A stretch of DNA of 64,000 nt, from the IMG/VR virus record IMGVR_UViG_3300049734_000263, positions 850 to 64,849 of that record; one strand, 5' to 3'. This document shows positions 1 through 9,983 of the stretch, one piece after another. The notes below the pieces were generated by a model. The model had not been told where the DNA came from. It saw only the letters and a program-made list of their open reading frames with translations, and ran no database searches. The translations under genes were made by a program, and so were the position numbers. The stretch's first letter is position 1; the number at the start of each line of letters is the position of its first letter. The DNA comes from a virus (taxonomy: Duplodnaviria; Caudoviricetes).

Positions 1-42
1 GGATTCTTAACAAACAATCCAAGAATAAAGAAAGGAAATTCA

Positions 43-270
43 ATGAATCGCAACCTAGAAAACTTACTCCAGCAGATATTCCTTGCTGTCATCAACAAGA
101 ACATGGAAAGAGCCGAGAGGCTCATTGGCCAGGCGCCGCAGGACGCCATTGAAAAATTGGCCTACAGCGGCGACGAACTCCTGCAACTCTCGCTGCGAAT
201 TCTGCCTGCGGGCGCGGGCGCAGCGATCAAGAAGAATATCGAAGAGAAAGCTGCAAGCACCGCCGCTTGA
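43..270 (+). CDS. hypothetical protein
   Basis: 75-aa ORF preceded by AAAGGA RBS. Confidence 0.55.
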   Translation: MNRNLENLLQQIFLAVINKNMERAERLIGQAPQDAIEKLAYSGDELLQLSLRILPAGAGAAIKKNIEEKAASTAA

Positions 271-306
271 TTGTTTACGATCGTCTCTTTTGAAAAGAGA
301 AGGGAA

Positions 307-606
307 ATGACGGACGAAGAATTCGACAAGCAATATGAGGCAGCTCAACCCCGGGGCGAGTTCGCTCGGGCAGTTAAGAAATACGTTGTGGACGACAAAA
401 CAGCGCTCGGAGCGCTCCAAGAACTGCACGAGCGACTCCAAACGCTGAGCGCTGACCACGACTGCAAGAAGCACCTGTACTTCCTATCCGAAGACCTCTG
501 CGACCTGCTGAACGAAGCAGATGGGTACTACAAAACGGCTGGGGTCGCGACGGAGGATCTCGAGTTTAAGGACCCAGAGGATGAGATCGAGATCGCGACT
601 CCCTAA
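307..606 (+). CDS. hypothetical acidic protein
   Basis: ATG at 307 after AGAGGG; same strand as neighbours. Confidence 0.55.
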   Translation: MTDEEFDKQYEAAQPRGEFARAVKKYVVDDKTALGALQELHERLQTLSADHDCKKHLYFLSEDLCDLLNEADGYYKTAGVATEDLEFKDPEDEIEIATP

Positions 607-740
607 TAGCAACGGGCTTGGAAAGCGTCTCAACCGCTCGCCAAGCCCACTTCATCAACCAACCGCCGGAGGCGGCCAGCGATGAGTCTACAACGCCTAT
701 CGTACCGCTTTCTGCTTTTCCAAGAAAGGTAAAGCCGAAT

Positions 741-1070
741 ATGAAGAGCAAATTCCCGTTAGTTGTCCTACTCGTCGCCCTGGCGACTATCGTCGCTATC
801 ACATGGGAACCGGTACGCGCCCGCGTCGGACTCTTATCGCCGTTCCCGTCACCGTCGCCTGCCGCTTCCCCGACGCTGACGCCGTCACCTCAAGCGCCGG
901 TAGTCGACGAGCCGGCGCCGGAAGCAACAGCCGAGCCGACGCCGGAACTTCCGCGCACCCGCTTCGACAAGTGTGTTGACGGTTCAGCGCTGTTGGTCAC
1001 GAGCGCCGACAGTAACCAGGTCAACTACAAGTGCGAGAGCGGCGCATATGGGGCGTATCTGAACAGGTAA
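741..1070 (+). CDS. membrane-anchored or exported Pro-rich protein
   Basis: N-terminal hydrophobic segment (FPLVVLLVALATIVAITW), PSPSP linker, C-terminal domain with two Cys. Confidence 0.6.
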   Translation: MKSKFPLVVLLVALATIVAITWEPVRARVGLLSPFPSPSPAASPTLTPSPQAPVVDEPAPEATAEPTPELPRTRFDKCVDGSALLVTSADSNQVNYKCESGAYGAYLNR

Positions 1071-1080
1071 ACACGCAAAA

Positions 1081-1551
1081 ATGACTGACCACATCCCAAT
1101 TCACGAAGGCCGCAGACTCCTCCAGGCGCAGGCGACGCATAAGCAGATCCAGTCTGCCGTCGAGGAATATCTGACCGTGCGGGGCATTCCGTGTTCAGCC
1201 ACGGACGCCACGGAGGCATACAACCGCAAAGGCCAGCGCGTTCGTCGTGTGGAAGAGGGCTGGCCCGACGTGACCGGCTGCTGCAGCGTGCGGACAGTTT
1301 TTGGTTCCTTCTCTGGAATTTTTCTGGCCGTCGAAGTTAAGACGGCGAAGGATAAGTTGAGGCTGGCTCAGGCCAAGGTCCTACACGCGCTCTATCAGGC
1401 CGGGGCGCTGGTCGTGGTTGCGCGGTCGCTCGACGCGGTCATCCTGGCGCTGGAAACAGGCAAGGCCCCTGCCGAGACGTTGGCGGAGATTACGGCGACG
1501 CTAGCGAAGGAAGGGAAGCCGAAGAAGCAACGGAGGGCGAGCAAGAGATGA
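1081..1551 (+). CDS. VRR-NUC family PD-(D/E)XK nuclease (Holliday junction resolvase-like)
   Basis: GWPD...AVEVK...Q...VVVARS motif pattern. Confidence 0.8.
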   Translation: MTDHIPIHEGRRLLQAQATHKQIQSAVEEYLTVRGIPCSATDATEAYNRKGQRVRRVEEGWPDVTGCCSVRTVFGSFSGIFLAVEVKTAKDKLRLAQAKVLHALYQAGALVVVARSLDAVILALETGKAPAETLAEITATLAKEGKPKKQRRASKR

Positions 1552-3665
1552 AGAAAAAGACAATAACGGCAGCTGATCTCTTCTGCGGCGCCGGCGGGAC
1601 CTCGACCGGTCTTCGGCTGGCGTGCGAGCAGAAAGGAATTAACCTGAAGCTGATCGCAGTCAATCACTGGGACATAGCGATCTCGACGCACACGGCCAAT
1701 CATCCGGAGGCCGATCATTTGTGCGCGCCTCTTGAATCTGTGGACCCGCGCAAATTGATCCCGAGCGGCAGGCTCGACCTGTTGGTCGCCTCTCCTGAAT
1801 GCATTTATCACTCTAATGCCCGGGGCGGAAAACCGATCAACGATCAGTCTCGCGCAAGCGCCTGGCGCATCGTGGAATGGCTTTCGTATATCAAGGTTGA
1901 TCACGTGCTCATTGAGAATGTGCCTGAGTTTCGCGGTTGGGGTCCTTTGATCGAAAAGAAAGTGGAAAAGGAATTGACCCTGCCGAATCCACTGATGAAG
2001 TTTGAGAAATTTGAAGAGTGGTACGCGAAGACGCGACGGTACGGCGGAACGCTTGAGGAGTGGAAGCGCATATACCGCGACCTCCAAGGCTCGAAGACTT
2101 CCGGCTGCAAGGTAAAAAGACTGGTCAAGATCACGGTGCAAGTTCCCGATCCGAAAAGGAAGGGCGAGATTTATATATCCTTCCTGAAGGCCATCGAGTC
2201 TCACGGATACACCGTAGACGCCCGCATCGTCAACGCCGCCGATTTCGGCGCCCCGACCTCGCGCGCGAGATTATTCATTTGGGCTCGGCTTGGCCGTAAG
2301 CGAATCCCCTGGCCGGGACCGACACACGCGCCGGCGGAAAAGCCGAAGGCGAATAGGAGCGAGAGCGGGCATCTCTTCGATATGTCGCCACGTTTGAAAC
2401 CGTACAGGGTGGCGCGAGAGATCATTGATTGGTCCATCCCTAGCGAATCAATCTTTACCCGCAAAAGGCCGCTCAGTCCGAATACCTTGGCCAGAATCTG
2501 GGCTGGGCTTCAGAAGTTTTGCGGTCTGCCGTTCATCGTACCGAACTTTGGCGAGCGCGAAGGGCAACAGCCACGCACGCACGCGCTTGATAAGCCTCTC
2601 CCTGCGGTTACTTCGCACGGGGCTGGCGCGCTGGTTCAGCCGTTCCTCGTGAAGTACTACGGCGGCCACGATGCGCAATCTATTGACGACCCATTGCCCG
2701 CGATCACCGCAAGCTATGAACATTACGGCCTCGCCCAGCCGTTCATCGTCGAACTGCGCAACGGCCAGGACGCCCGTTCGATTGATAAGCCGCTGTCCAC
2801 GATCACCACGAAAGGGATGCATCACGCACTTTGTCGGCCGTTTCTGGTCGTATTGCGCAACAACGCAGATGCGCAGCCGCTGGATGAGCCGCCAGCGTCC
2901 GCAGCGGCTAACGGTCAGCACTTCGGTCTGGCGCAGCCGTTTTTAGTCCGCTACAACGGCAACCACGAAGGGCGGCGAGACGGCGACAATCGTAACGCGA
3001 GTGTTGATGAGCCGATCCCGACGCTCGACACCTCAAACCGATTGGGATTGGTCCAACCCTTCATCGTCCCGGTCAACCACGGCAAAGACGATCTGCGCTC
3101 GCACAGTGTTGACGCGCCGATGCCTGCGATCACGACCGTTGACGCCTGGGGATTGATCGAGCCGTTTATTATCAATTCGGGCGGCCGAGACATCGCGCCG
3201 CGCAGCACAGGCGATCCGCTCAACACTGTAGTGACCCGTGACCATCTCGGATTGGTTCAGCCGTTCCTGATTGCGATGGAACACGGCGGCCACGAGAGAT
3301 CCATCGATCGGCCGCTCAACACCATCACGACCGCGAGAGGCGGGGCGCACGGATTGGTTCAACCCTACCTCGTCAAATACAACGGCACGGCCGGCGCGCA
3401 GAGCGTTGACGACCCGCTCGACACGGTGACGGCGAAAGATCGCTTCGGGCTCGTCATTCCGGAGTTGAAGCCGGGCGAAGAGATCGCGCTGCTCGATGTG
3501 CATTTCAGGATGCTTCAACCGCACGAGCTCGCGGCCGCGATGGGCTTTCCAAAAACCTATGTCTTCGTGGGCAACCGAGAGCAGAAAGTAAAACAAATAG
3601 GCAACGCGGTCGCCGTGAACCTCGCGCAGGCGCTGTGCTCGGCCATTCTTTCGGAGGGAAAATGA
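1548..3665 (+). CDS. DNA (cytosine-5) methyltransferase with repeat-expanded variable region
   Basis: motif I DLFCGAGG, catalytic SPEC, ENV, R.R motif VIII, C-terminal QIGNAV. Confidence 0.93.
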   Translation: MKKKTITAADLFCGAGGTSTGLRLACEQKGINLKLIAVNHWDIAISTHTANHPEADHLCAPLESVDPRKLIPSGRLDLLVASPECIYHSNARGGKPINDQSRASAWRIVEWLSYIKVDHVLIENVPEFRGWGPLIEKKVEKELTLPNPLMKFEKFEEWYAKTRRYGGTLEEWKRIYRDLQGSKTSGCKVKRLVKITVQVPDPKRKGEIYISFLKAIESHGYTVDARIVNAADFGAPTSRARLFIWARLGRKRIPWPGPTHAPAEKPKANRSESGHLFDMSPRLKPYRVAREIIDWSIPSESIFTRKRPLSPNTLARIWAGLQKFCGLPFIVPNFGEREGQQPRTHALDKPLPAVTSHGAGALVQPFLVKYYGGHDAQSIDDPLPAITASYEHYGLAQPFIVELRNGQDARSIDKPLSTITTKGMHHALCRPFLVVLRNNADAQPLDEPPASAAANGQHFGLAQPFLVRYNGNHEGRRDGDNRNASVDEPIPTLDTSNRLGLVQPFIVPVNHGKDDLRSHSVDAPMPAITTVDAWGLIEPFIINSGGRDIAPRSTGDPLNTVVTRDHLGLVQPFLIAMEHGGHERSIDRPLNTITTARGGAHGLVQPYLVKYNGTAGAQSVDDPLDTVTAKDRFGLVIPELKPGEEIALLDVHFRMLQPHELAAAMGFPKTYVFVGNREQKVKQIGNAVAVNLAQALCSAILSEGK
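2527..3460 (+). repeat. nine ~33-40 aa tandem repeats (QPF[LI]V...S.D.PL.T.T...GL) inside the methyltransferase
   Basis: repeats counted in the translation; boundaries approximate. Confidence 0.85.
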
Positions 3666-4183
3666 AAACACTTATCGTTGCGCTCTTGTTACTCCTCGCT
3701 GCCGCGCCCGTGCTGGCGCAAGAAACCAGCCCGGCCCCGACGCCCGACAAGAAACTGGCGGAGGACTTCCGAACCTACAAGGCCGAGACGCTCAAAATGC
3801 TCACGCGTCACTTCGAGAAGCATCCCAAATGTGAGTTGCGACGCGTTGCGCCCACGATTGAAGGGATGGCCATTTTTGTCGGGACTCCTGAGCATAACAA
3901 CCGCGCCTGGGCTTACCCGGAAAAGCAGACCCAGGACGCGCATTATCCCGCACGGATGTTCGTCAGTTCCCGGCATAAGTGGGATCTGAAGAAAGCGTGC
4001 GAGACGATCATTCACGAGGCGTTTCACCTGACTGTGGGCGACGACGGCGAGTTTATTTGCGGCCCGGACAGGCTGGACAGATTTCGCCGTGTGTGCGTCG
4101 TGCAAGGCGTGAGCGTGTACAAGACCGCTGACCTTGACAGGGCGATAGAGGAACATCTGGAAAAGTACGGAGCTTGGAAATGA
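3662..4183 (+). CDS. exported protein with HEXXH (zinc metallopeptidase-like) motif
   Basis: Sec signal MKTLIVALLLLLAAAPVLA; IIHEAFH. Confidence 0.6.
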   Translation: MKTLIVALLLLLAAAPVLAQETSPAPTPDKKLAEDFRTYKAETLKMLTRHFEKHPKCELRRVAPTIEGMAIFVGTPEHNNRAWAYPEKQTQDAHYPARMFVSSRHKWDLKKACETIIHEAFHLTVGDDGEFICGPDRLDRFRRVCVVQGVSVYKTADLDRAIEEHLEKYGAWK

Positions 4184-4271
4184 ACGGCTTCACCAAAGAC
4201 CAACTTGCCGTTGTCCGCGCATTCCTCGCGCAGGCGCTCGGGCTCGGCGATTCTTTCATCGGAGTAACGCA

Positions 4272-5189
4272 ATGGCTCAATCATCAATTGAGTGGACCGA
4301 CGTTGTAGATAACATCATTGTCGCTTTGGGCGGCGGATGGTGGTGTCGCCGGATCTCGCCCGGCTGTGACCACTGCTACGCAGAGGGCATCAACCAAAAC
4401 AGTTTCTTCGGCGGCAACGGGATGCCCTATCGCGGCGCGCCGCCAATACTCAGACTGAGACAAGAAGTCATTGACTCTTGGGCGCGCCAGCGAAAGCCGA
4501 AGAAGCATTTTGTCGAGTCAATGAGCGATGTGTTTGGTGAGTGGGTTCCGCGCTGGATGATCTTCCAGTTTCTCGACGGCATGGCCGCCGCGCCGAAACA
4601 GACATTTCAATTATTGACGAAACGGCCCGACGTGATGCTGCGCGAGGTCAGGGCATGGCTGGAGGCGCGCGGCCTGGATTCTTTGCCGCCGAACATCTGG
4701 CCGGGTGTCACGGTCGAAAATCAGGAGTGGGCGGATAAGAGGCGCGCTTCCTTTGAAGCAGTACCGGCGCAAACCAAGTTTGTTTCTTACGAGCCCGCGC
4801 TCGGCCCGGTCAATTGGGGCGGATGGGAATTCGTGAGCCAGATCATCGGCGGCGGCGAGAGCGGGAAGGGCGCGCGGCCGGCGCATCCTGGTTGGTTTCA
4901 CTCGACGCGAGACTGGTGCATAGCAAACCTTAAGGCGTATTTCCATAAGCAACATGGCGAGTTTGCCCACTGGCAAGACATCGCGCGCCATGACTTCCAG
5001 AGACTCACTTGGGTTGAGCCTGATTGGTTCTCCGACAAAATGCCTGGCGTTTGGATCGAGCCTGATGGTCGAACCTCTCAGCGAACCGATAACGATGATG
5101 CTGAGTTTGTCTATCGCGTTGGCAAGGCACGTGCCGGGCGTCTGCTCGACGGTCGCGAGTGGAACGAATTCCCGGAGGTGGTTAAGTGA
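4272..5189 (+). CDS. DUF5131 / phage Gp37-Gp68 family radical-SAM-like protein
   Basis: SIEWTD, C...SPGCDHCYA, SMSD.F, FQLLTKRP, S.EP.LG, GGESG, GRLLDGREW. Confidence 0.9.
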   Translation: MAQSSIEWTDVVDNIIVALGGGWWCRRISPGCDHCYAEGINQNSFFGGNGMPYRGAPPILRLRQEVIDSWARQRKPKKHFVESMSDVFGEWVPRWMIFQFLDGMAAAPKQTFQLLTKRPDVMLREVRAWLEARGLDSLPPNIWPGVTVENQEWADKRRASFEAVPAQTKFVSYEPALGPVNWGGWEFVSQIIGGGESGKGARPAHPGWFHSTRDWCIANLKAYFHKQHGEFAHWQDIARHDFQRLTWVEPDWFSDKMPGVWIEPDGRTSQRTDNDDAEFVYRVGKARAGRLLDGREWNEFPEVVK

Positions 5190-5899
5190 GCGTCAAAGAG
5201 CGGCCGATCTTATACAGGGGCGATATGGTCCGCGCGACCCTGAAAGACTGGAAGACCAACACGCGGCGCCTGAGAGACTTGGAGCAAATCAACCAAGATC
5301 GCGACACTTGGCGCTACGATGGCGTGAACGTGAACGGCTACCATCAGTTCTACGACGTCCATAAGGCTATCTCCGGTCATGATCCGCGGTACTGCATACT
5401 TTTCGTAAAGTGTCCATACGGCAAACCTGGTGATCGCCTCTGGGTGCGCGAGACCTGGCGCACCGTTGAGCGCGAGAGCGATGGACTCGACGGAGTTCTG
5501 TATCGGGCGGACGGCCAATTTCGCGAGATCGAGAATACGAGAGAAGCCGCCGAAAAGTGGATGGCCGCCTACGCCAACGGCAAATGGGGCGACGCCTGGC
5601 GCCCCTCGATTTTGATGCCCCGATGGGCGTCGCGCATCACATTGAAGGTCACAGGTATTCGCGCCGAGCGCCTGCAGAGCATTACCGAAGAGGATGCGAT
5701 TGCTGAAGGGTTGGAGTGTACCGGCGGCGGGCGGTACTGGATGGGCGGTAAGCATCCGGTCAAGGGGACGCCGAAGGTCTTCGGGTTGGCGGCACAGGCT
5801 TTCGCTTCCATCTGGGACGAAATCAATGGCGAGAAAGCGGCCTGGGATTCGAATCCCTGGGTGTGGGTTATTCGGTTTGCTCGCGAGGTCTCTCAATGA
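5186..5899 (+). CDS. ASCH/PUA-like phage protein
   Basis: ERPIL...MVRA.L...KT.TRR, CPYGKPGDRLWVRETW, WRPSI.MPRWASRITL, NPWVWVI.F. Confidence 0.8.
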   Translation: MSVKERPILYRGDMVRATLKDWKTNTRRLRDLEQINQDRDTWRYDGVNVNGYHQFYDVHKAISGHDPRYCILFVKCPYGKPGDRLWVRETWRTVERESDGLDGVLYRADGQFREIENTREAAEKWMAAYANGKWGDAWRPSILMPRWASRITLKVTGIRAERLQSITEEDAIAEGLECTGGGRYWMGGKHPVKGTPKVFGLAAQAFASIWDEINGEKAAWDSNPWVWVIRFAREVSQ

Positions 5900-6147
5900 G
5901 CGTAATGGGTCCGAGGAGCTGCTTCTGCTGCGGCAGAGTAGAGAGCACGACGGGTTGCGTGCGCGGGTTCCGGTGCGACTGCGATCAGGGCTTGGGCCGC
6001 GATTGCAGGGTTTGCCGGTACTGCCTGAATCATTGCGCCTGCACGGATGAGATGAAGAAGGCGGCGCTCGACGCGAAGGTCGAATACTGCAAATCGCTTG
6101 GGCGGATTAGGGAGGCCAATCCCGACCGCATCAACAAGAGATGGTGA
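5896..6147 (+). CDS. small Cys-rich protein
   Basis: multiple CxC/CxxC motifs; start overlaps upstream stop. Confidence 0.5.
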   Translation: MSVMGPRSCFCCGRVESTTGCVRGFRCDCDQGLGRDCRVCRYCLNHCACTDEMKKAALDAKVEYCKSLGRIREANPDRINKRW

Positions 6148-6151
6148 CCAT

Positions 6152-7372
6152 ATGAGAGCAGTAAGCCTATTCGAAGGCGCTCGAATGACGCTCGACCAGG
6201 CGACCGACGTGACGGCCGCGTCACTGAATGTCTATGGCGAACGCTACAAACATTGGGCGATCGCTTTCAGCGGCGGCAAGGATTCGACGGCGACCGTCAC
6301 GGTTGTCGCCGAACTGATCCGGCAGGGAAGAGTCCCGCGTCCGAAATCCCTGACCGTTCTGTACGCCGATACCCGAATGGAGTTGCCACCGCTCCAGATC
6401 GCCGCGATGGAGATCATGAAGATCCTCGCACAGCGCGACATCGAAGCGCGCGTCGTGCTGCCCGAGATGGATGACCGCTTCTTTGTCTATATGTTCGGCC
6501 GTGGAGTCCCGGCTCCAAAAAATAAATTTCGCTGGTGCACTAGCCAGATCAAGGTCGAGCCAATGATCGCCGCAGTGAAATCACTGCGCGAGGTGGCGAG
6601 CGAGAAGCTCTTGATGATCACAGGCGTCAGACTGGGCGAATCGGCCGCGCGTGATCAGCGGATCGTGATGAGTTGCTCGCGGGACGGCGCCGAATGTGGC
6701 CAAGGTTGGTTTCAGCAATCAACGCCCGAATCCGTCGCTGATACGCTCGCGCCGCTTCTTCACTGGCGCGTCTGCCACATCTCCGATTGGCTGGAATTCT
6801 TCGCTCCGGATGCCGGATACCCGACGCTGGATGTCTTGAGCGTCTACCACGTCGGCGAGGAAGGCGACCCGATCGAGATCGCCGGGCGCACTGGTTGCGT
6901 CGGCTGCAACCTGGCCAGCAACGATCACACGCTCGACCGCGTATTGAAGCGGCCACAGTGGGCATATCTAGCGCCGTTCAAGCGATTACGCCCGCTGTAT
7001 GCGGAGTTGACCAAGCCGTTCAACCGGCTGCGCAAGGGAATGGAGACCCGCGCCGACGGCGAGCTGGTGAAGAATCCCGGCCGGCTCGGCCCGCTCACGA
7101 TGGAAGCCAGACGACGCGGCATGCTCGAGGTCTTCAGAATCCAATCCGAGATCAACCGCGCCGCGCGCGAGGAGGGTAGGCCCGAGGTCAGCCTGATCAA
7201 TCCCGACGAAGCAATCCGGATTAACGAGCTAATCTCGGCGAACACTTGGCCAAATCGATGGTCAGGTGAAGAGCAGATCGGCGACGCATTCACGGATCAA
7301 GTAATGAAGGATGGTATTGTGCAGCCGATCATAGCCGGTTTATCGGTCACCCGAGGCGGAAGAAGTTGGTAG
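6152..7372 (+). CDS. PAPS reductase family protein (DndC-like)
   Basis: PP-loop SGGKDS, RWCT..IK..P, GVR..ES..R, RTGC..C, GPLT.EAR. Confidence 0.88.
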   Translation: MRAVSLFEGARMTLDQATDVTAASLNVYGERYKHWAIAFSGGKDSTATVTVVAELIRQGRVPRPKSLTVLYADTRMELPPLQIAAMEIMKILAQRDIEARVVLPEMDDRFFVYMFGRGVPAPKNKFRWCTSQIKVEPMIAAVKSLREVASEKLLMITGVRLGESAARDQRIVMSCSRDGAECGQGWFQQSTPESVADTLAPLLHWRVCHISDWLEFFAPDAGYPTLDVLSVYHVGEEGDPIEIAGRTGCVGCNLASNDHTLDRVLKRPQWAYLAPFKRLRPLYAELTKPFNRLRKGMETRADGELVKNPGRLGPLTMEARRRGMLEVFRIQSEINRAAREEGRPEVSLINPDEAIRINELISANTWPNRWSGEEQIGDAFTDQVMKDGIVQPIIAGLSVTRGGRSW

Positions 7373-7515
7373 AGTGGAATCAATTCCCAGAGGCGGCCAA
7401 ATAAGCGCGATGTGTCCATGTCAACAAAAAGTGAGGCGTTTGCAAAAGTAATCATTATAAGACTTGTTTCATTTGCGCAACATGATGTATATTTTACAAT
7501 ACAAGGAGGCAGATT

Positions 7516-7764
7516 ATGGTCGCAGCGATGAGTGTAATGAATCAAATCGCATCACCTGAAACTTGTTATCTGTGCGGACAGACGGCGCCGCAAAACTTAT
7601 CCGGAGTTCACGATGCTTGCGCCGACAGGGAGAATGCTGGTATTACCATTGATCTCGCCCTCGCAACTGAAATTTGCCGATTATGTGGTCAGCCATCATT
7701 CCCATTTGAAAATCAGGTGCACTCGGAATGTGCCGCCTATGAGAATTTTCTTGCGTCGCGTTAA
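7516..7764 (+). CDS. small protein with two tandem C2HC zinc-finger-like repeats
   Basis: CYLCGQ...VHDAC..EN and CRLCGQ...VHSEC..EN; AAGGAGG RBS; AT-rich upstream region. Confidence 0.65.
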   Translation: MVAAMSVMNQIASPETCYLCGQTAPQNLSGVHDACADRENAGITIDLALATEICRLCGQPSFPFENQVHSECAAYENFLASR

Positions 7765-7818
7765 GTCTGTGATAAATTAGTGGGGTGCCATATTCAGCTG
7801 AAAGAAAGGGGTACCCCG

Positions 7819-8460
7819 ATGACAAATTTACAGCCAAAACTTCCTTATGTTTGGACAACATGGTTATCAAAATTGCTCGCTGGCGACAATTCTTGTGAGT
7901 GGGCAACTTGGTACAAGGTCAATCACGGCAAGGTTGCAACCAGAAACAATGCAGACTTTGACGCTTGGCGAATCAAGCACACGGCGTTATTGCAACGCAC
8001 TCGCAAGGAGCTAGAGGCACAGGAGTGCCGGGTCCTCACTGAAGATCAAAACTGGTTCAGACTGACAGGCGCTAGCGCTGTGTTAGGCGGCAAGCCTGAT
8101 CTGATCAGTATCGGAGAGGAGTGCACGATCTGTGATGTGAAAGCTGGCCAGAAGAGATCGTCCGACCGCATACAAGTGATGATCTATATGTATGCTGTGC
8201 CGCGCGCAATGTCGCAATATAGAGGCGGGCAATTTGATGGCTTAGTCGTCTATGAAGATAGTTGGGAAGTCATTCCTGCCGACGCGATAGACGCCACGTT
8301 TATCGCCAGTCTGGGCTCTCTGATCAAGCGCGTGAGTTCCGAAGCTCCAGCGCGCCGCGTTCCCAGCGTTCGGGAATGTAAGTTCTGCGATATGACGAAA
8401 GAGCTTTGCGACGCCAGAATTGATGGTCAGGAAGCGCAGGGCGAGACAACAGATTTCTAG
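7819..8460 (+). CDS. Cas4/RecB-like PD-(D/E)XK nuclease
   Basis: GKPDL...CDVKAG, Q..IY; N-terminal Cys plus C-terminal CKFC...C (Fe-S pattern). Confidence 0.8.
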   Translation: MTNLQPKLPYVWTTWLSKLLAGDNSCEWATWYKVNHGKVATRNNADFDAWRIKHTALLQRTRKELEAQECRVLTEDQNWFRLTGASAVLGGKPDLISIGEECTICDVKAGQKRSSDRIQVMIYMYAVPRAMSQYRGGQFDGLVVYEDSWEVIPADAIDATFIASLGSLIKRVSSEAPARRVPSVRECKFCDMTKELCDARIDGQEAQGETTDF

Positions 8461-8481
8461 CGCTAGACGAAGGATGGGCTT

Positions 8482-9624
8482 GTGCAGCGAGCAAACGTGG
8501 CTAAGAAGCAGCGGAAGAAGAAATCCACGAAGAAGCGAATGCGCCCGTTGCCTGGGATCGAGCTGGAACAGGTCGTCCTCCATCTCCAGCGGCTGATGGG
8601 ACCGGACGCCAGCGCCGAGCATAATCAGAAGATCATAGACCGGCTCGGCAATGAGCGGCAGATCGATGTTCTAATCCGGGGCAAGTTCGGTGGGTGGCTC
8701 ATGATGGGCGTCATCGAGTGCAAGGACCAATCCCGGAAGAAGGGACTCGATGACATGGAGGCGTTCGCAAAGAAAACCGAACACCTCGGAGCGGGGCTGC
8801 GCCTGATGGTCTCAAAGAAGGGCTTCACGAAGACCGCGCTCAAATTAGCTAAGCACGAGCACATCCACTGCCTGTCGTTGCTACAGCATGACTCTCATAC
8901 GTTTGGCATTGAGATAGGAGAGTGGTGGTACGGTGTCATCAGCCGGTGGACGGACTTCAGGCTGGATGTGACGTGGGCAGACCGCGCACAGAAGCCCGAA
9001 CTGTTAGCTGCTGATGAGGTGCTTTGGCAAGGCAAACCTGTGGTCAATTGGTTCACGAGGGAATTCATCGTCACTTATCGCGACCGCACTCAGGACGGGC
9101 ATCTAACCATCGATGTGCCCTTCGACCAGGTCACAAACCTCGAAATCCAGGGTCAGCATTACCCAGTGATTGCACTCTCGTGCTCAGCAAAAGGTCTCTT
9201 CATAAAGAAGCGCAGATGGGTCACGTACTCCGGTCAGGCGTTCTTCGATTGGCACACGGGCAAGGTGACTATTCCTCCCGAAGTGGAGGTTTACATGAGG
9301 CCGATGGTAGAAGATGTAGTTCTGTGGGATGACTACACCGGCGAGATTCCCGCCATCGAAGATGCGACCAACACGCGGCTCGTGAGAGGGGTGATGGTGC
9401 TGACCCAGTTTATGCCGGCTGACCGCCCAATCCCCGACCTGGAACAACTTAGCTCCGGCCTGCGGAAAGATGAGAGGACAGTAGTACCGCCTGCTCCAAA
9501 GGGTTTCGACCCGAACTCCTCATTCGTGAAGCGGGCAATCGAGGAGGCCGCCAAGTCCAAACCGTCACCGACAGAGTCCGGAAAAAACCCACCCGGAGTG
9601 TGGTCGATCACTGGAAAGAAATGA
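8482..9624 (+). CDS. restriction endonuclease-fold protein (Mrr-cat-like N-terminus)
   Basis: RQIDVLI...IECKD...VSKKGFTK.A...A; start may be 8497 or 8539. Confidence 0.78.
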   Translation: MQRANVAKKQRKKKSTKKRMRPLPGIELEQVVLHLQRLMGPDASAEHNQKIIDRLGNERQIDVLIRGKFGGWLMMGVIECKDQSRKKGLDDMEAFAKKTEHLGAGLRLMVSKKGFTKTALKLAKHEHIHCLSLLQHDSHTFGIEIGEWWYGVISRWTDFRLDVTWADRAQKPELLAADEVLWQGKPVVNWFTREFIVTYRDRTQDGHLTIDVPFDQVTNLEIQGQHYPVIALSCSAKGLFIKKRRWVTYSGQAFFDWHTGKVTIPPEVEVYMRPMVEDVVLWDDYTGEIPAIEDATNTRLVRGVMVLTQFMPADRPIPDLEQLSSGLRKDERTVVPPAPKGFDPNSSFVKRAIEEAAKSKPSPTESGKNPPGVWSITGKK

Positions 9625-9861
9625 CCGGCTGCCCGTTCCATTTTATTCTGCCCGCAGGCGGCGGTATTCACATAAACTCGATACTCACATTTATAAGTCA
9701 CATCAACGCCCGACAAATCACCCTGAAAATGCTTAGGTTTTCGCATTCACATAAATGATCGCCTCCGCGCCGCTGTTGACTATTTTGTTTATCGGGAATG
9801 ACGTTTTATTAAACTGTAAGGCTCTTATAGTAAAGTAAAAGGCAAAAAACCCGAGGGTTTC

Positions 9862-9905
<44 letters not shown>

Positions 9906-9919
9906 TGATCAGGAAAAAG

Positions 9920-9952
9920 ATAAGCCCGATAGAATCATTCTATCGGGCTTAT
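9920..9952. terminator. perfect inverted repeat between att core and int stop (terminator-like)
   Basis: ATAAGCCCGATAGAAT-C-ATTCTATCGGGCTTAT. Confidence 0.7.
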
Positions 9953-9983
9953 TCACATCTACGGCTCACAATTACTGAAGCGC

